A stretch of 64,000 nt of DNA. It comes from Dipteris shenzhenensis (Eukaryota). How positions within the stretch are numbered: position 1 is the first letter of the stretch; each line of letters begins with the position of its first letter. Of this stretch, positions 62,874-64,000 are shown one piece after another. The DNA is taken from NCBI GenBank assembly GCA_047967505.1, contig CM106538.1, one strand, 5' to 3'. A program made the position numbers and the translations under genes. The notes under the pieces were generated by a model that saw only the letters and a list, made by a program, of their open reading frames with translations, did not search any database and was not told where the DNA came from.

Positions 62874-62942
62874 GTGTTGTTTAAGCTGGTTGTAATCACA
62901 GTGTTGGTTATTGCTGAATCTGCAGATACATGCATAAAAACG
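62874..62942 (+). CDS. CLASP: CLASP exon 9
   Basis: cacag|VLFKLVVITVLVIAESADTCIKT|gtaagt. Confidence 0.96.
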
Positions 62943-63074
62943 GTAAGTTGTGCTTTCTTGTATTTGTTATTCTAAGCTTCCTCAGTGACAGATAGACGAT
63001 AGTCTTATTTTGTCCTGCTACCTGTGAGTAGCATTTTAGTTTTCTTATGTCCATCAGTCCTCATTGGTGTGCAG

Positions 63075-63160
63075 ATGCTGCGGAACTGTAGGGTTGCTCG
63101 GGTTCTACCGCGTATTGTGGACAGTGCAAAGAATGATCGTAATTCGGTGCTTCGTGCAAG
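63075..63160 (+). CDS. CLASP: CLASP exon 10
   Basis: tgcag|MLRNCRVARVLPRIVDSAKNDRNSVLRA R|gttgct (ends in phase 2). Confidence 0.95.
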
Positions 63161-63273
63161 GTTGCTGCATGAAAAAAATTTCGGTCATTTTTTTCCACGA
63201 TTGGCAAGTTGTTGTCATATTAGCTAGCTTGTTTTACCTCTTAGTTTGAATAAAAACCAGTCTTCTGTTGCAG

Positions 63274-63391
63274 GTGCTGTGATTATGCACTCTTGGTGTT
63301 GGAGCAGTGGTCTGACTCTCCAGAAATACAGAAGCTGGTGGATCTGTATGAGGACCTTATCAAATGTTGTGTGGGGGATGCCATGAGTGAG
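63274..63391 (+). CDS. CLASP: CLASP exon 11
   Basis: tgcag|(R)CCDYALLVLEQWSDSPEIQKLVDLYEDLIKCCVGDAMSE|gtctga. Confidence 0.96.
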
Positions 63392-64000
63392 GTCTGACTG
63401 AATGCCTCTGTTATACAAAAGAAGTTGTTTTTTTGGTTGATTTCTATTCATATGAGAATTCTTCTCCTTCAGCTGGCCAATATTGGGAAGTCCTAAAAAG
63501 GTGTATCCAATTCAAATTCTGCAAATTCGGTATAAAAGATCCAGGCACACCTGGTCTTATCATTTATGGCCATCGATTCTTGTCTTAATGCCTGTCACTT
63601 CACCCAAACTTGACCATCTGAAAGGATTTTCGAACTTGACCATCTGAAAGGATCCGAAAATTGAAGTTTTCCAAGTAAAAGCCATGACAAATAGAAACTC
63701 AAAGGACTGAACTACAAAGGCTGCAATGTTGCATGTTCTGAACATATTGGAGATGGCATTGAGGATGTGAAAGGGATGTGCTTCATATGGTTTTAAATTT
63801 GTCTGGATGTATCATGTATGTTTGGGGGAAGGAAAGAAGCAGCTCGCTTATTCTTATTTACTTTTATTGAAAGGTGTCCCAAAGCTCCAAGGAGACTTTA
63901 TACTGACCAGGAATTATCATTATGTTATCTGTCCTAGATCATGACCTTTGGGAGGATGCAGCTCCTGTAGTCGCCTATCAAGCGAGAGCAAGGGACAGTG

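Larger units (their letters stand above)
22530..63391 (+). other. CLASP: CLASP (CLIP-associated protein) gene span; exons 1-11, continues beyond window
   Basis: Eleven GT-AG exons splice to 1407 nt (469 codons) without stops; the protein matches plant CLASP TOG1/TOG2 sequence as I know it. Confidence 0.96.

Noticed and set aside
1-64000. tRNA, rRNA or 5S-bearing (Cassandra) elements
   Set aside because: No such sequence recognised; only tRNA-Met-complementary PBS motifs.

Overview
Land-plant nuclear DNA; the TE families and ~10-kb introns suggest a large-genome lineage such as a fern, which is inference only. The one host gene is CLASP (TOG-domain microtubule regulator, + strand). Eleven GT-AG coding exons, 1407 nt / 469 codons in one open frame, are spread over 22530-63391 and the gene continues past the window. 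Four introns (10.5, 10.0, 6.8, 10.6 kb) are filled with nested, decayed retroelements; the others are 113-754 bp. Upstream (1-19400) lie two decayed Athila/Tat-like Ty3/gypsy elements with accessory 3' ORFs, an LTR remnant and an L1-type LINE fragment. Most notable: (1) a ~740-bp insert in an intronic copia element that looks like a Penelope-like retroelement end, with an RT C-terminus, a hammerhead-ribozyme-like fold lacking its GAAA strand, and a retained 84-nt intron; (2) a gypsy pol carrying a second aspartic-protease-like domain after integrase, followed by ~4 kb of unknown ORFs; (3) a single LINE with nested passengers that accounts for most of intron 3; (4) a 40-bp near-perfect hairpin at a LINE junction; (5) possible CLASP regulatory features (5'-UTR intron, overlapping uORF, re-splicing-prone exon). 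All calls were read by eye and no searches were run.
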